A stretch of 31,732 bases of DNA from Candidatus Hermodarchaeota archaeon. Lineage in GTDB: Archaea; Asgardarchaeota; Hermodarchaeia; Hermodarchaeales; Hermodarchaeaceae. Below the pieces are notes generated by a model. The model was not told where the DNA came from. It ran no database searches and saw only the letters and a list, made by a program, of their open reading frames with translations. Numbering within the stretch: the first letter of the stretch is position 1; every line of letters starts with the position of its first letter. The DNA is taken from the NCBI GenBank assembly GCA_016840135.1, contig JAEOSX010000007.1, forward strand, positions 1 to 31,732, given 5' to 3'. The translations under genes were made by a program, and so were the position numbers. Positions 19,475-27,414 of the stretch are shown here, piece by piece.

Positions 19475-20683
19475 ATGCCAGATTCAACTGAATCGGCCCG
19501 AAGAAAGACGGTCTCAGCAGAAGACTATATGACTCTCGCCGAACGATCTATTCTATTAGAGCAAAGGGTACGGGACCTTGAGCTAGAAAAGGAGCACCTT
19601 GCCGCAGAGCGCATACGGCTCGGGAATGAAGTACGCGTGCTACAGGCAGAACTAAACAAGCTACGCCAACCTCCACTTGTGGCAGCGACTGTGATAGATA
19701 GTCTTGATGACGGCCGCGTCATCGTAAAAAGCAGTACAGGCCCACAATTCGTTGTACATTTCCCTGAATCAGTGATGGGTGGGGAGTTAGAGGCAGGATC
19801 GAGAGTTGCATTGAATCAGCGCACACTTGCGGTTGTTGATATACTCCCAACCCCAATCGACCCGTTCGTTCGAGCGATGACCGTTGAAGAGGCGCCAAGT
19901 GCCACCTATGATGATATTGGTGGTTTGGAAACCCAAATCGCTGAGATACGTGAGACAGTTGAACTACCATTACTTCACCCCGAACTGTTCGAAAGAGTAG
20001 GTATTGAGCCTCCCAAAGGGGTGCTTCTCTGTGGCTCGCCGGGAACAGGAAAAACTCTTTTAGCGCGAGCAGTAGCTAATGAAACTAAAGCAACCTTCAT
20101 TCGTGTAATAGGGTCTGAACTTGTTCAGAAATTCATTGGTGAAGGCGCTCGACTTGTACGTGAGATTTTTTATTTGGCGAGAAAGCGGTCACCAAGCATC
20201 ATCTTCATAGACGAATTAGACGCCGTTGCCAGTAGACGATTAGATATTGCTACGAGTGGTGATCGCGAAGTACAACGTACATTAATGCAACTACTTAGTA
20301 TGCTAGACGGTTTCGATCCTCGCGGTGATGTACGCATTATCGCTGCAACAAATCGACCGGACATTCTTGACCCCGCTCTGACTCGCCCTGGTCGCTTTGA
20401 TCGTATTATTGAGTTTCCTTTACCAGACAAGCTGGCGAGAGAACATATTCTTCTAATTCACATGCGGAAAATGAACACTTCCTCAGATGTGGATGTCTCT
20501 CAACTAGCAGCAAAAACTCCTGGTGCTTCTGGTGCTGATCTAAAAGCAATTTGCACAGAAGCCGGTATGTTCGCAATCCGTGAATTGCGTGATATTGTTA
20601 CAAACCACGACTTTGTACAAGCGATAGCCAAGGTGTTAGGAGAAATCACAGACAAAGGGGACAACGCTGACATTTATGGTTAA
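19475..20683 (+). CDS. pan: Proteasome-activating nucleotidase (PAN)
   Basis: N-terminal coiled coil, OB segment, AAA module ([45 protein letters not shown]), hydrophobic-Tyr-X C-terminus (IYG). Confidence 0.92.
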   Translation: MPDSTESARRKTVSAEDYMTLAERSILLEQRVRDLELEKEHLAAERIRLGNEVRVLQAELNKLRQPPLVAATVIDSLDDGRVIVKSSTGPQFVVHFPESVMGGELEAGSRVALNQRTLAVVDILPTPIDPFVRAMTVEEAPSATYDDIGGLETQIAEIRETVELPLLHPELFERVGIEPPKGVLLCGSPGTGKTLLARAVANETKATFIRVIGSELVQKFIGEGARLVREIFYLARKRSPSIIFIDELDAVASRRLDIATSGDREVQRTLMQLLSMLDGFDPRGDVRIIAATNRPDILDPALTRPGRFDRIIEFPLPDKLAREHILLIHMRKMNTSSDVDVSQLAAKTPGASGADLKAICTEAGMFAIRELRDIVTNHDFVQAIAKVLGEITDKGDNADIYG

Positions 20684-21152
20684 TCCGCTCTTTAAAGTGA
20701 GGGGCGTGGCAAATTACCAGTTCGGAAAGGACATTGGAGAATCTTTGTTCCCTAATAAATGCGAAATGAAATTTTCCCGGCAAACAGGGCGCATTCGTTA
20801 TGTTTCGTATAAAGGAAAGCTTCTTGCTGTTATTCGCGCAAGAGATGGCCGTATTGTCCTAACATTTTGGGGTGCGAAGCGTCTCCACCAAGCATCAGAA
20901 CCACCAAGGTATCGAGTCATGATTCCCAATGAGATATCTTCCTTTATTACAAAAGGGCGTAGTGTCTTCGCTAAACATGTTATTCAAGTCGATCCCCAAT
21001 TAAGGGCGCGTGATGAAGCACTTATTGTTGATCAAGATGACACGCTCCTAGCAGTTGGTAAAGCATATCTCTGTCCCCAAGAAATGATGGATTTAACACG
21101 TGGAACAGCAGTTCGAGTACGTCATACCAGAGAATCGGGGATTTCTAATTAA
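20676..21152 (+). CDS. PUA-domain protein (COG1370-like)
   Basis: N-terminal RGVANYQFG block and a C-terminal PUA-like segment (.V.VD...R..D..LIVD..D.LLAVGKA). The start overlaps the pan stop (ATGGTTAA). Confidence 0.6.
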   Translation: MVNPLFKVRGVANYQFGKDIGESLFPNKCEMKFSRQTGRIRYVSYKGKLLAVIRARDGRIVLTFWGAKRLHQASEPPRYRVMIPNEISSFITKGRSVFAKHVIQVDPQLRARDEALIVDQDDTLLAVGKAYLCPQEMMDLTRGTAVRVRHTRESGISN

Positions 21153-21296
21153 CAGAACATAAACTAAAAAAGTCGATTTATCTACTCATTCTAGTAAAAA
21201 TCGAAACCTGTCTCATAATCGCCATCCGAAAACCAATCTTCAAAATGGTTTCATTGGATATTTAATGAGGCAGTGATTAAATCTGAGTGACAAAAA

Positions 21297-21686
21297 ATGG
21301 TCAAAGTCAAAAGGCGTGTAAAACGTCGTTCAATGGAACGGCAAATGCGAAAAGCGGGTGTGGATTACGAACAAATGGATGGCGCCACAGAAGTAATAAT
21401 CCGTTTTCCCGATAAAGAGCTAGTCATCCCCGAACCTCAAATAGTGATGATGCAAGCCCAAGGCGAGAAAATCTATCAAATCATAGGTGAATCTGAAGAA
21501 AGGGCACCAACGGCTTCTACTAAAGTGGATAGTGAAATGCCTACAGAGTCAGCGGTTACATTTACTGAGGAAGATGTTCAGCTAGTAGCCAGCCAAGCAT
21601 CCGTCACGGAAGAACAAGCTCGGGAGGCGCTCCAACAAGCTGAAGGCAACTTGGCAAAAGCAATAATCGCTCTTACAGGTGGATAA
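21297..21686 (+). CDS. nac: Nascent polypeptide-associated complex protein (archaeal NAC)
   Basis: NAC domain (MRKAGVDYEQMDGATEVIIRF.DKELVI..PQI) plus a C-terminal UBA domain (EEDVQLVASQASVTEEQAREALQQAEGNLAKAIIAL). Confidence 0.85.
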   Translation: MVKVKRRVKRRSMERQMRKAGVDYEQMDGATEVIIRFPDKELVIPEPQIVMMQAQGEKIYQIIGESEERAPTASTKVDSEMPTESAVTFTEEDVQLVASQASVTEEQAREALQQAEGNLAKAIIALTGG

Positions 21687-21724
21687 CTACGAGTATTCTA
21701 AAAGAATACATACAAAAACAGAAA

Positions 21725-22387
21725 CTAACCCAGTTCAGATGTCGTTTTACTTTCAAGAAGTGCCTTAACGCGCTTTAATCTAAATAAATCCTCTCTCTCA
21801 GCTTCTTCTAGTGCGAGTTCGATGTACCTGATTGTATTGTTTATTCGCGGGAGAACAACGAAGTTTAGCGCGTTTACTCGTCTTTTGGTTTTCTCGATTT
21901 CTGCTGCCAATCGTTTTACTGAGGCTTCGACTTCTGCTAGTCTTACTATCTTATCTAGGGTTTCCCTTATTTTCTGAGCTGCAGCATCTACTACCGACGA
22001 GGTTCCTGCTAGGCTGTAGTGGATTCGCGGCTGATCTTCCTGCTGAGTTATTCGAAATATTGGAACTGGGACTCCCATGGTATTGCGTGTTGTGACTTCG
22101 AAGTCAAGGAAGCTCTGTGCACCTAGTGCAAGCCCCTCCAGTTTCATCTCCCCCTCCACAAGTTTAGCCTCCATCAGTGAGGAGAAGGCTTCACTCAGAG
22201 TTGTTTCAACTTCTTCTCTCAATTTCTTCGCTTCGGAGAGGATTGCGAAAAATTCGCGTACAAGAGCGTCACGTTTCTCTCGGAGCAATTCATAGCCACG
22301 TGCTGCTAACTTGCGCCGCTCCTTTAATGCAATCAATTCCATTCTCGTCGGCTTAATCCCATGAATTATTTCCGTCGATTCAGCCAT
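21725..22387 (-). CDS. atpD: A/V-type ATP synthase subunit D
   Basis: PTRMELIALKERRKLAARGYELLREKRDALV N-terminus and a long coiled coil of about 220 aa. Confidence 0.85.
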   Translation of the reverse strand: MAESTEIIHGIKPTRMELIALKERRKLAARGYELLREKRDALVREFFAILSEAKKLREEVETTLSEAFSSLMEAKLVEGEMKLEGLALGAQSFLDFEVTTRNTMGVPVPIFRITQQEDQPRIHYSLAGTSSVVDAAAQKIRETLDKIVRLAEVEASVKRLAAEIEKTKRRVNALNFVVLPRINNTIRYIELALEEAEREDLFRLKRVKALLESKTTSELG

Positions 22388-22397
22388 TATTCTGCCC

Positions 22398-22682
22398 CTA
22401 GATTAGTGCGTAAATAAAAACGACGACAACTAACACCGCTGAACAGCCAGCAAGCCACTCGCCAAAGAGTTTACGGGTTCTTTCAGGGTTTTCCGTCATA
22501 AGACCTGCTACACCAAAAGATAATCCACACAGTAATATCGTAGAAGTAAATAAAATCCCAGCAACGATATCCCACTCCCAATCTAGCACTAGGTTGAGGA
22601 AAACTACTATTCCAGCACTACAAGCAAAAAAGATTCCAACTAATTGTAGAGTCCTTGTGAATTCCAAACTTCTTTGCGTCAT
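22398..22682 (-). CDS. Small hypothetical membrane protein (about 3 TM segments)
   Basis: 94-aa ORF with three hydrophobic stretches, 10 nt upstream of atpD. I recognise no family. Confidence 0.4.
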   Translation of the reverse strand: MTQRSLEFTRTLQLVGIFFACSAGIVVFLNLVLDWEWDIVAGILFTSTILLCGLSFGVAGLMTENPERTRKLFGEWLAGCSAVLVVVVFIYALI

Positions 22683-22763
22683 GCTGGAGACTCCTTGCTA
22701 TGATTAGGCTGAAGGCGAAAATAAGGTACTCGCTATTTAAGCCTTGCTCCACATCGAAACTCT

Positions 22764-24058
22764 TTACAAATCGTTGAATGTGTGTATCTTAATTTTTACA
22801 GGTCTTTTTACTACATTCCCGATTCTTGCACCTATGATTAGACTAACTCCACGTTCACCAGCGATGTCTACAAGACGCTGGGTTATGACACCATCTAAGA
22901 TTATCGTTTTCGCTTTTTCTATCTCTTGTAGAATTGTAGCAAGCTCTGCAACATGAACTTCCTTCAAGATTTTCTTATCCTTGTCTAGTATTATTGCAGT
23001 CATTGTCTGTTGGATTTTCTCTGTTAACTCTCGTATTGGTTCAGGAATGGTTCCCTTTCTTGGTCGTGTAACACTTCTACTCGTGGTTTTAGAACGGGTT
23101 GTAGTTCGTCGTTTTGTGGTTGTTTTCTGTGTTGTGCGACGTGTTCTCCGCTTTGGAGATGAAGAAGCTCTAGCTGTGGCCGCCTCACTTGTTCCTCGTT
23201 TTATCCGTCCAACAATCTGGGATGCAGGCACTTTATTTCTCAGAGCCTTGGTTATCTCCTTTGTCGTTAGTTCTTCAACCTCACGCCCAGTTGGCGCTCG
23301 CGCGACAAATTTAATTTCAGTAACTTGGGACAATTCTTTGAGAATCAAGTCGCCACCACGATCTCCGTCTAGAAAGGCAATGATTGTTTTTGTCTTTGCG
23401 AGTTTTATGATTGAAGGGGGAATACTGGTGCCCTCAACTGCAACGACGTTCTTTATTCCTGCTCGAAGTAAAGCTAATACGTCTGCACGACCCTCAACGA
23501 CGATAATGGTTTCTGATTCTTGAACAGTAGGACCTGCTGGAAGCCCATTAAATCGAGTTATTTCTGCTGTCTTTGTCTCACGTGTAACCTTATCAGTTAT
23601 TTCCTGAGCGCCTGGAGAAGTCTCACCCTCCCATACGCGCAGTAAAGCTACGGCACGATCGATAATCCGTTTACGCTTAGAGTCACGGACATCCTCAACT
23701 TTTTCCAGAGTAATCTTCGCTGAACATGGTCCGACTCTGTCAACTGTCTCAAGCGCAGCTGCAAGAATTGCAGTTTCAGTACGGTCAAGGCTGCAAGGGA
23801 TTATTATTATTCCGCGAGATTTTCCTCCCTCTGAATGTAGTTCAACCTTAATTCGACCAATTCGTCCCGATTGTTGAAGTTCTCTTAAATCTAAATCTTC
23901 ACCGATTACCCCTTCAAGTCACCAGACGAGAAGTGTAGGCCCTCTGTTTGACCAAAGAGAGCTCCAACGACATCTGGGGTTTCCACAACTCCACTAATTT
24001 CCACTTTACATCGAATTTCATACTTTGTTGTAGCAGTACTAGGTGTACTTGAACCCAA
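22764..24058 (-). CDS. dnaG: Archaeal DnaG primase (Toprim), reading frame interrupted by a 29-nt insert
   Basis: Exon-1 frame from TTG 24058: MGSSTPSTATTKYEIRCKVEISGVVETPDVVGALFGQTEGL, then stop TAA 23906-23908. A second frame, open downstream of TGA 23919-23921, reads [18 protein letters not shown]...IIVVEGRADVLALLRAGIKNVVAVEGTS...AFLDGDRGGDLILKEL... to stop at 22764. The ORF track shows only the last 194 aa because no ATG/GTG/TTG occurs between 23918 and 23348. Confidence 0.85.
23906..23934 (-). other. Candidate BHB-type intron within dnaG mRNA (29 nt)
   Basis: mRNA sense: GCCU-[ACA]-CUUC-(14 nt)-GAAG-GGGU-[AAU]-C. A 4-bp central helix GCCU/GGGU is flanked by 3-nt bulges on opposite strands, with inner helix CUUC/GAAG. 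Cutting after the 2nd nt of each bulge removes 29 nt and joins ...GGC CUA C|UC GGU GAA..., giving [17 protein letters not shown]. Confidence 0.5.
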
Positions 24059-24135
24059 AGCTCATCACCTAGGTAATTTTGATTGATTATGTGTTTATTG
24101 TGGTGTTCTATTTCGTCACCACAATCATATCTGTG

Positions 24136-24149
24136 ATTGGTATACCAAT
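24136..24149. repeat. Perfect 14-bp palindrome ATTGGTATACCAAT in the dnaG/tyrS divergent intergenic region
   Basis: Read directly. The neighbouring 9-bp inverted repeat ATTGTGGTG(24097-24105)/CACCACAAT(24117-24125) lies just upstream. Confidence 0.6.
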
Positions 24150-24473
24150 TATACTAAAGACGTCAAGGTTAGGTTTGACGATATGTAAGCATGATACAAG
24201 ATGAGACACGAGCAGGATGATTAAAACTTTGTGGTATTTTCAATCACAAAACCCTTCTTTGAAAATTCTATCAGTGTTGCATCGCCATCCCTAAATCTCT
24301 CCTCGAATAATTCCAGCATTGCTGATGATGCATTACGCGTGCTTGGCATCTTCTAATGACACTGATTAGAATCATATTATGATTTTCCCCCTTTTTTCCA
24401 ATGAAGTAATATGAAAGGAAACAATAACCTTTATATCGCCTCTTTTGTTGCCTCGAAGTGGAGACTTTTGAAA

Positions 24474-25571
24474 ATGACAGAATTATTGCCTACTGTAGCC
24501 AAAGCCGTTTTTCAAACTGAAGAAGTTGTAACTCTGGAGGATTTGAAAGCAGCACTTGCTAGAAAAAAGAAACCTCGCGGCTACATTGGAGTGGAACCAA
24601 CTGGGTTGATGCACCTCGGTCACACAGTTTGGGTTCAGAAACTGCGAACACTCTCAGAGCTAGGCGTTAAGATGCATGTGTTACTCGCGACTTGGCATGC
24701 CAAGATTAACGACAAATTTAGTGGCAATATTGACCAAATTAGACGGTGCGCCGAGTATCTCTGTCATTGTCTTTCAGCATTGGGTGTAAATCTCCGAAAA
24801 GTCCGAGTTGTAACGGCTGAGGATTTAATGAAAAAACTCGAGTATTGGGAAGATACTCTTCGTGTCGCGAAAAGCCTTACTCTGGCTCGTGTTCGACGTT
24901 CAATGACAATTATGGGTCGAAGCGGAGAGGATGCTGAATTGGACTTCTCTAAACTCATCTACCCTTGCCTTCAAGTGTCAGATATCATTAACCAGCAATT
25001 CGAAGTATGTTTAGGAGGTATGGATCAACGGCGGGCTCATATTTTGGCAAGGGAAGTTGCAGAAAAACTAAAACTCGACTGGAAACCTGTTGGCATTCAT
25101 ACTCCTCTCCTCTCGGGGCTGAGTGGGAAGTCTAGAATGGCGGTATCATCCGGCACATCTCCTCAGGATTTAGCAGCTGTCACTAAAATGTCAAAATCTA
25201 AGCCCGATGATTCAATTCTCATTCATGACCCTTCTAAAGAAATAATGAAGAAATTGCGTAATGCCTACTGCCCTGCTAGGGAGGTCACTGATAACCCAGT
25301 TCTAGGCTATGTACATCATCTCCTCTTCTCCCAGAATGATTATGTGTTTAATATCGAGCGAGCACCCAAACATGGCGGCACTCTAGAAATTCAAAGTGCT
25401 AACGAGTTAGATGCTCTTTTCGCCTCAGGAGAAATCCATCCATTAGATTTGAAACAAGCTACTGCTAGGGCTATTGCGGAGCTACTAGCGCCTGTCCGGA
25501 AATACTTCAATGACAACACAGAAGCAATGGGATTATTAAAAGAAGTCCGCGGCTACTCTGTTACTCGCTAA
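24474..25571 (+). CDS. tyrS: Tyrosine--tRNA ligase (archaeal type)
   Basis: HIGH-type motif (GLMHLGH), YPCLQVSDI, GGMDQRRAHILAREVAEKL, KMSKS. I prefer ATG at 24474 (MTELLP) over 24411. TrpRS is a less likely alternative. Confidence 0.7.
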   Translation: MTELLPTVAKAVFQTEEVVTLEDLKAALARKKKPRGYIGVEPTGLMHLGHTVWVQKLRTLSELGVKMHVLLATWHAKINDKFSGNIDQIRRCAEYLCHCLSALGVNLRKVRVVTAEDLMKKLEYWEDTLRVAKSLTLARVRRSMTIMGRSGEDAELDFSKLIYPCLQVSDIINQQFEVCLGGMDQRRAHILAREVAEKLKLDWKPVGIHTPLLSGLSGKSRMAVSSGTSPQDLAAVTKMSKSKPDDSILIHDPSKEIMKKLRNAYCPAREVTDNPVLGYVHHLLFSQNDYVFNIERAPKHGGTLEIQSANELDALFASGEIHPLDLKQATARAIAELLAPVRKYFNDNTEAMGLLKEVRGYSVTR

Positions 25572-25585
25572 CCTCGACATTCCAT

Positions 25586-26452
25586 CTAGTCCACTTGCAC
25601 ATCTAGAACTACATGATCATTTTGTGGGTTATATGGCTTGATAATTCGTGCGCTGAGTATTCTCACTTCCCTATCCATTTCCTTCGCAGTATTTTCAATA
25701 ATCTTTGATGCCGCTATAATAGCTCTTGGGCGAGGACAGGTTTCATGAAAATGAAGAACGCCTCCTGGACGCAAACAGGTAATCCCTTTCTCTATGTATC
25801 GTGTAGTTCCTTGAATCAGACCCATTATCACACGGTCAGCTTTACCTTGAGACACCTCGACTGCTAATTTATCGGCATCTCCTTGATGAGGAGTGACGAT
25901 ACCTTTAACCCGATTTTCCTGAATGTTCCGCTCAAGAAAGTGGAATGCCTCTGGGTTCCACTCGATAGCATGAATTAATCGGGGAGAAGCATGAACTGCT
26001 ATCGGAATGGTGAACTGTCCGATACACGCGAACATATCTACAACTAACTCACCAGTTCCTAGTCGGCTCATGCGCTCTCGTTCAGCTTTGTTACCTAGAG
26101 AGAACATCACTTTCATTGGATCAATGTGAAAGATGCATCCATTCTCTGAAAGCATCGTTTCTGTCTCGCTGGAGCCAGCTATCAATTCGAGAGCGGGTTT
26201 TCGGAAGGGCCCTGAAATCGCGTCTGTGCGTCTCAACACTGAGCGTATCCTTGAATCATATTCAAGAACCTTCAGACCAATGACTTCCTTAAAAGAAAGC
26301 GCTTCAGGTTTCAACCAGAGAACCGCAACGTGACCGTAAATACGTAGACGGCGTGGAAGAAGATAATCAGGAATGATATCCCCCAGCTGCTCTTGAAGAA
26401 ACTGAATGAAAGTTCTTCGATGTCTGTGGTAAAGTCTCACCAAAGAAGTCAC
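25586..26452 (-). CDS. trm5: Trm5/Taw2-family (Met-10+) tRNA methyltransferase, probably tRNA (guanine37-N1)
   Basis: VVDMFACIGQFTIPIA SAM-binding motif and the EWNP block. The N-terminus resembles Trm5. GTG start. Confidence 0.7.
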   Translation of the reverse strand: MTSLVRLYHRHRRTFIQFLQEQLGDIIPDYLLPRRLRIYGHVAVLWLKPEALSFKEVIGLKVLEYDSRIRSVLRRTDAISGPFRKPALELIAGSSETETMLSENGCIFHIDPMKVMFSLGNKAERERMSRLGTGELVVDMFACIGQFTIPIAVHASPRLIHAIEWNPEAFHFLERNIQENRVKGIVTPHQGDADKLAVEVSQGKADRVIMGLIQGTTRYIEKGITCLRPGGVLHFHETCPRPRAIIAASKIIENTAKEMDREVRILSARIIKPYNPQNDHVVLDVQVD

Positions 26453-26459
26453 TTCACTA

Positions 26460-26800
26460 GGCTAGTCTGAATGATAATCGAAAGTTGTGGTGGGTCGGCC
26501 TTGCTCTGTTCCTCGAGTACACTAACTCCCCACCGTCCTTGGTGGGCGAAACGCCTTCAACCCTCCGGCAGGTCCTCTCTTGATGTGCCGAGATATATGA
26601 ACTCGACGCGACCCAGCGTTGAGTTGTGGACATTCTGGGTTGCCCCATCATTCACCTCTTGGCGTCACGCCGTTGATCGTGAAGGAGCCTGTCACATGCC
26701 GCATAACCCTCAACTAGCTCCAGTGTCGCCACCATTATGCTCAAGTCTTCATTAGGGTCCATACCTTCAGACCTGACCTCGTAGGTGGCAGTATCCTTTC
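26460..26800 (-). ncRNA. Candidate structured non-coding RNA, class unresolved
   Basis: A gap of about 390 bp between two CDSs is visibly more G+C-rich than its flanks. It holds only low-complexity R/S/W/P-rich ORFs on both strands. Many local stems are present, including (minus sense) UGGG-GCAA-CCCA, AACUCAACGC-UGGGUC-GCGUCGAGUU, CCCACC-AAGGAC-GGUGGG and GGCG-UUU-CGCC. Confidence 0.35.
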
Positions 26801-26817
26801 ATCGCTAAATGAAAGGA
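26794..26817. repeat. Hairpin TCCTTTCAT-CGCTAA-ATGAAAGGA, 30 nt downstream of the PPAT stop
   Basis: Perfect 9-bp stem read directly. It could be a 3'-end element for the PPAT gene or the 5' part of the adjacent RNA candidate. Confidence 0.4.
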
Positions 26818-26847
26818 CTAAATGCCTACACTTAAAGCCTTCCACTA

Positions 26848-27354
26848 TCAGGTGGAGTGGTCGCGATATTCGAGTTGACCATCTCGATCAATAATTCCTG
26901 CTCGGATCCGTGTTGAAGAAATAGTGGTTTTATCCTCTGCTAAAACCATTGTTAGTACTGCTATGTCTAGAATTGGGAGCCCACGTTGTTGCCGAATTTC
27001 GTTGATTTCGATGGCCCTGGAGTAGGTCTCTTCGCTTACAACAATGAGTTGTAGTTTCTCCTCTGTGATTGCTGGTCCATAAGGGTCACATAAGGGTTCG
27101 ATAGTGAAGCGTCCCTTAAAGTTCTCAGATTCCATCCATTGTTTTAGTTTTGCTGCTCTTTCTTCGTAAGGAGTAATTAACTTCCAGTCAGGTTTATGGG
27201 TTATCATTGATTGCGTTGTCAAGCCTATGAGAACATTGTAGCCAAGTTCGAAGGCTTTGCGCAATAGAACCTTGTGTCCTCTGTGAAGTCTGTCAAAGGT
27301 GCCACCTATTGCCACCCAATCGTAACGGTGTTCAGGCACTGAATAACCTCCCAT
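26848..27354 (-). CDS. coaD: Phosphopantetheine adenylyltransferase, archaeal type (cytidylyltransferase fold)
   Basis: VAIGGTFDRLHRGHKVLL (GxFxxxHxGH nucleotidyltransferase motif) and a C-terminal ISSTRIR motif. About 168 aa. Confidence 0.75.
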   Translation of the reverse strand: MGGYSVPEHRYDWVAIGGTFDRLHRGHKVLLRKAFELGYNVLIGLTTQSMITHKPDWKLITPYEERAAKLKQWMESENFKGRFTIEPLCDPYGPAITEEKLQLIVVSEETYSRAIEINEIRQQRGLPILDIAVLTMVLAEDKTTISSTRIRAGIIDRDGQLEYRDHST

Positions 27355-27414
27355 GATTCCTTTGGTTATTTTCGAATTCTTATTTTGAGAATCCTTTGAA
27401 TGAAGAAATTGACT

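Noticed and set aside
22981-23523. 180-aa ORF on the + strand
   Set aside because: It is antisense to dnaG. Its V/R/F-rich low-complexity translation mirrors the Arg/Thr-rich DnaG linker.
22764-24058. dnaG as a decayed pseudogene or a programmed ribosomal frameshift
   Set aside because: Both halves are otherwise intact, with conserved motifs and a single disruption, which argues against decay. The only window for a -1 shift (23909-23918, CUUGAAGGGG) lacks a canonical slippery heptamer. A 1-nt assembly error in the GGGG run cannot be excluded and is listed as the main alternative in the finding.
24221-24349. 42-aa minus-strand ORF as a gene feature
   Set aside because: It is too short, has no recognisable family and no clear ribosome-binding context. 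I mention it only within the intergenic-region finding.
26457-26755. ORFs 26457-26651(-) and 26471-26755(+)
   Set aside because: Overlapping antisense ORFs with R/S/W/P-rich composition inside the G+C-rich structured region. An RNA gene is more plausible than a protein.
26460-26800. Calling this region RNase P RNA
   Set aside because: The size and G+C fit, and a few strings resemble RNase P blocks. The universal P4 elements (GAGGAAAGUCC; ACAGAA..GGCUUA) are not found on either strand, and the look-alike blocks are in the wrong order. I left it as an unclassified RNA candidate.
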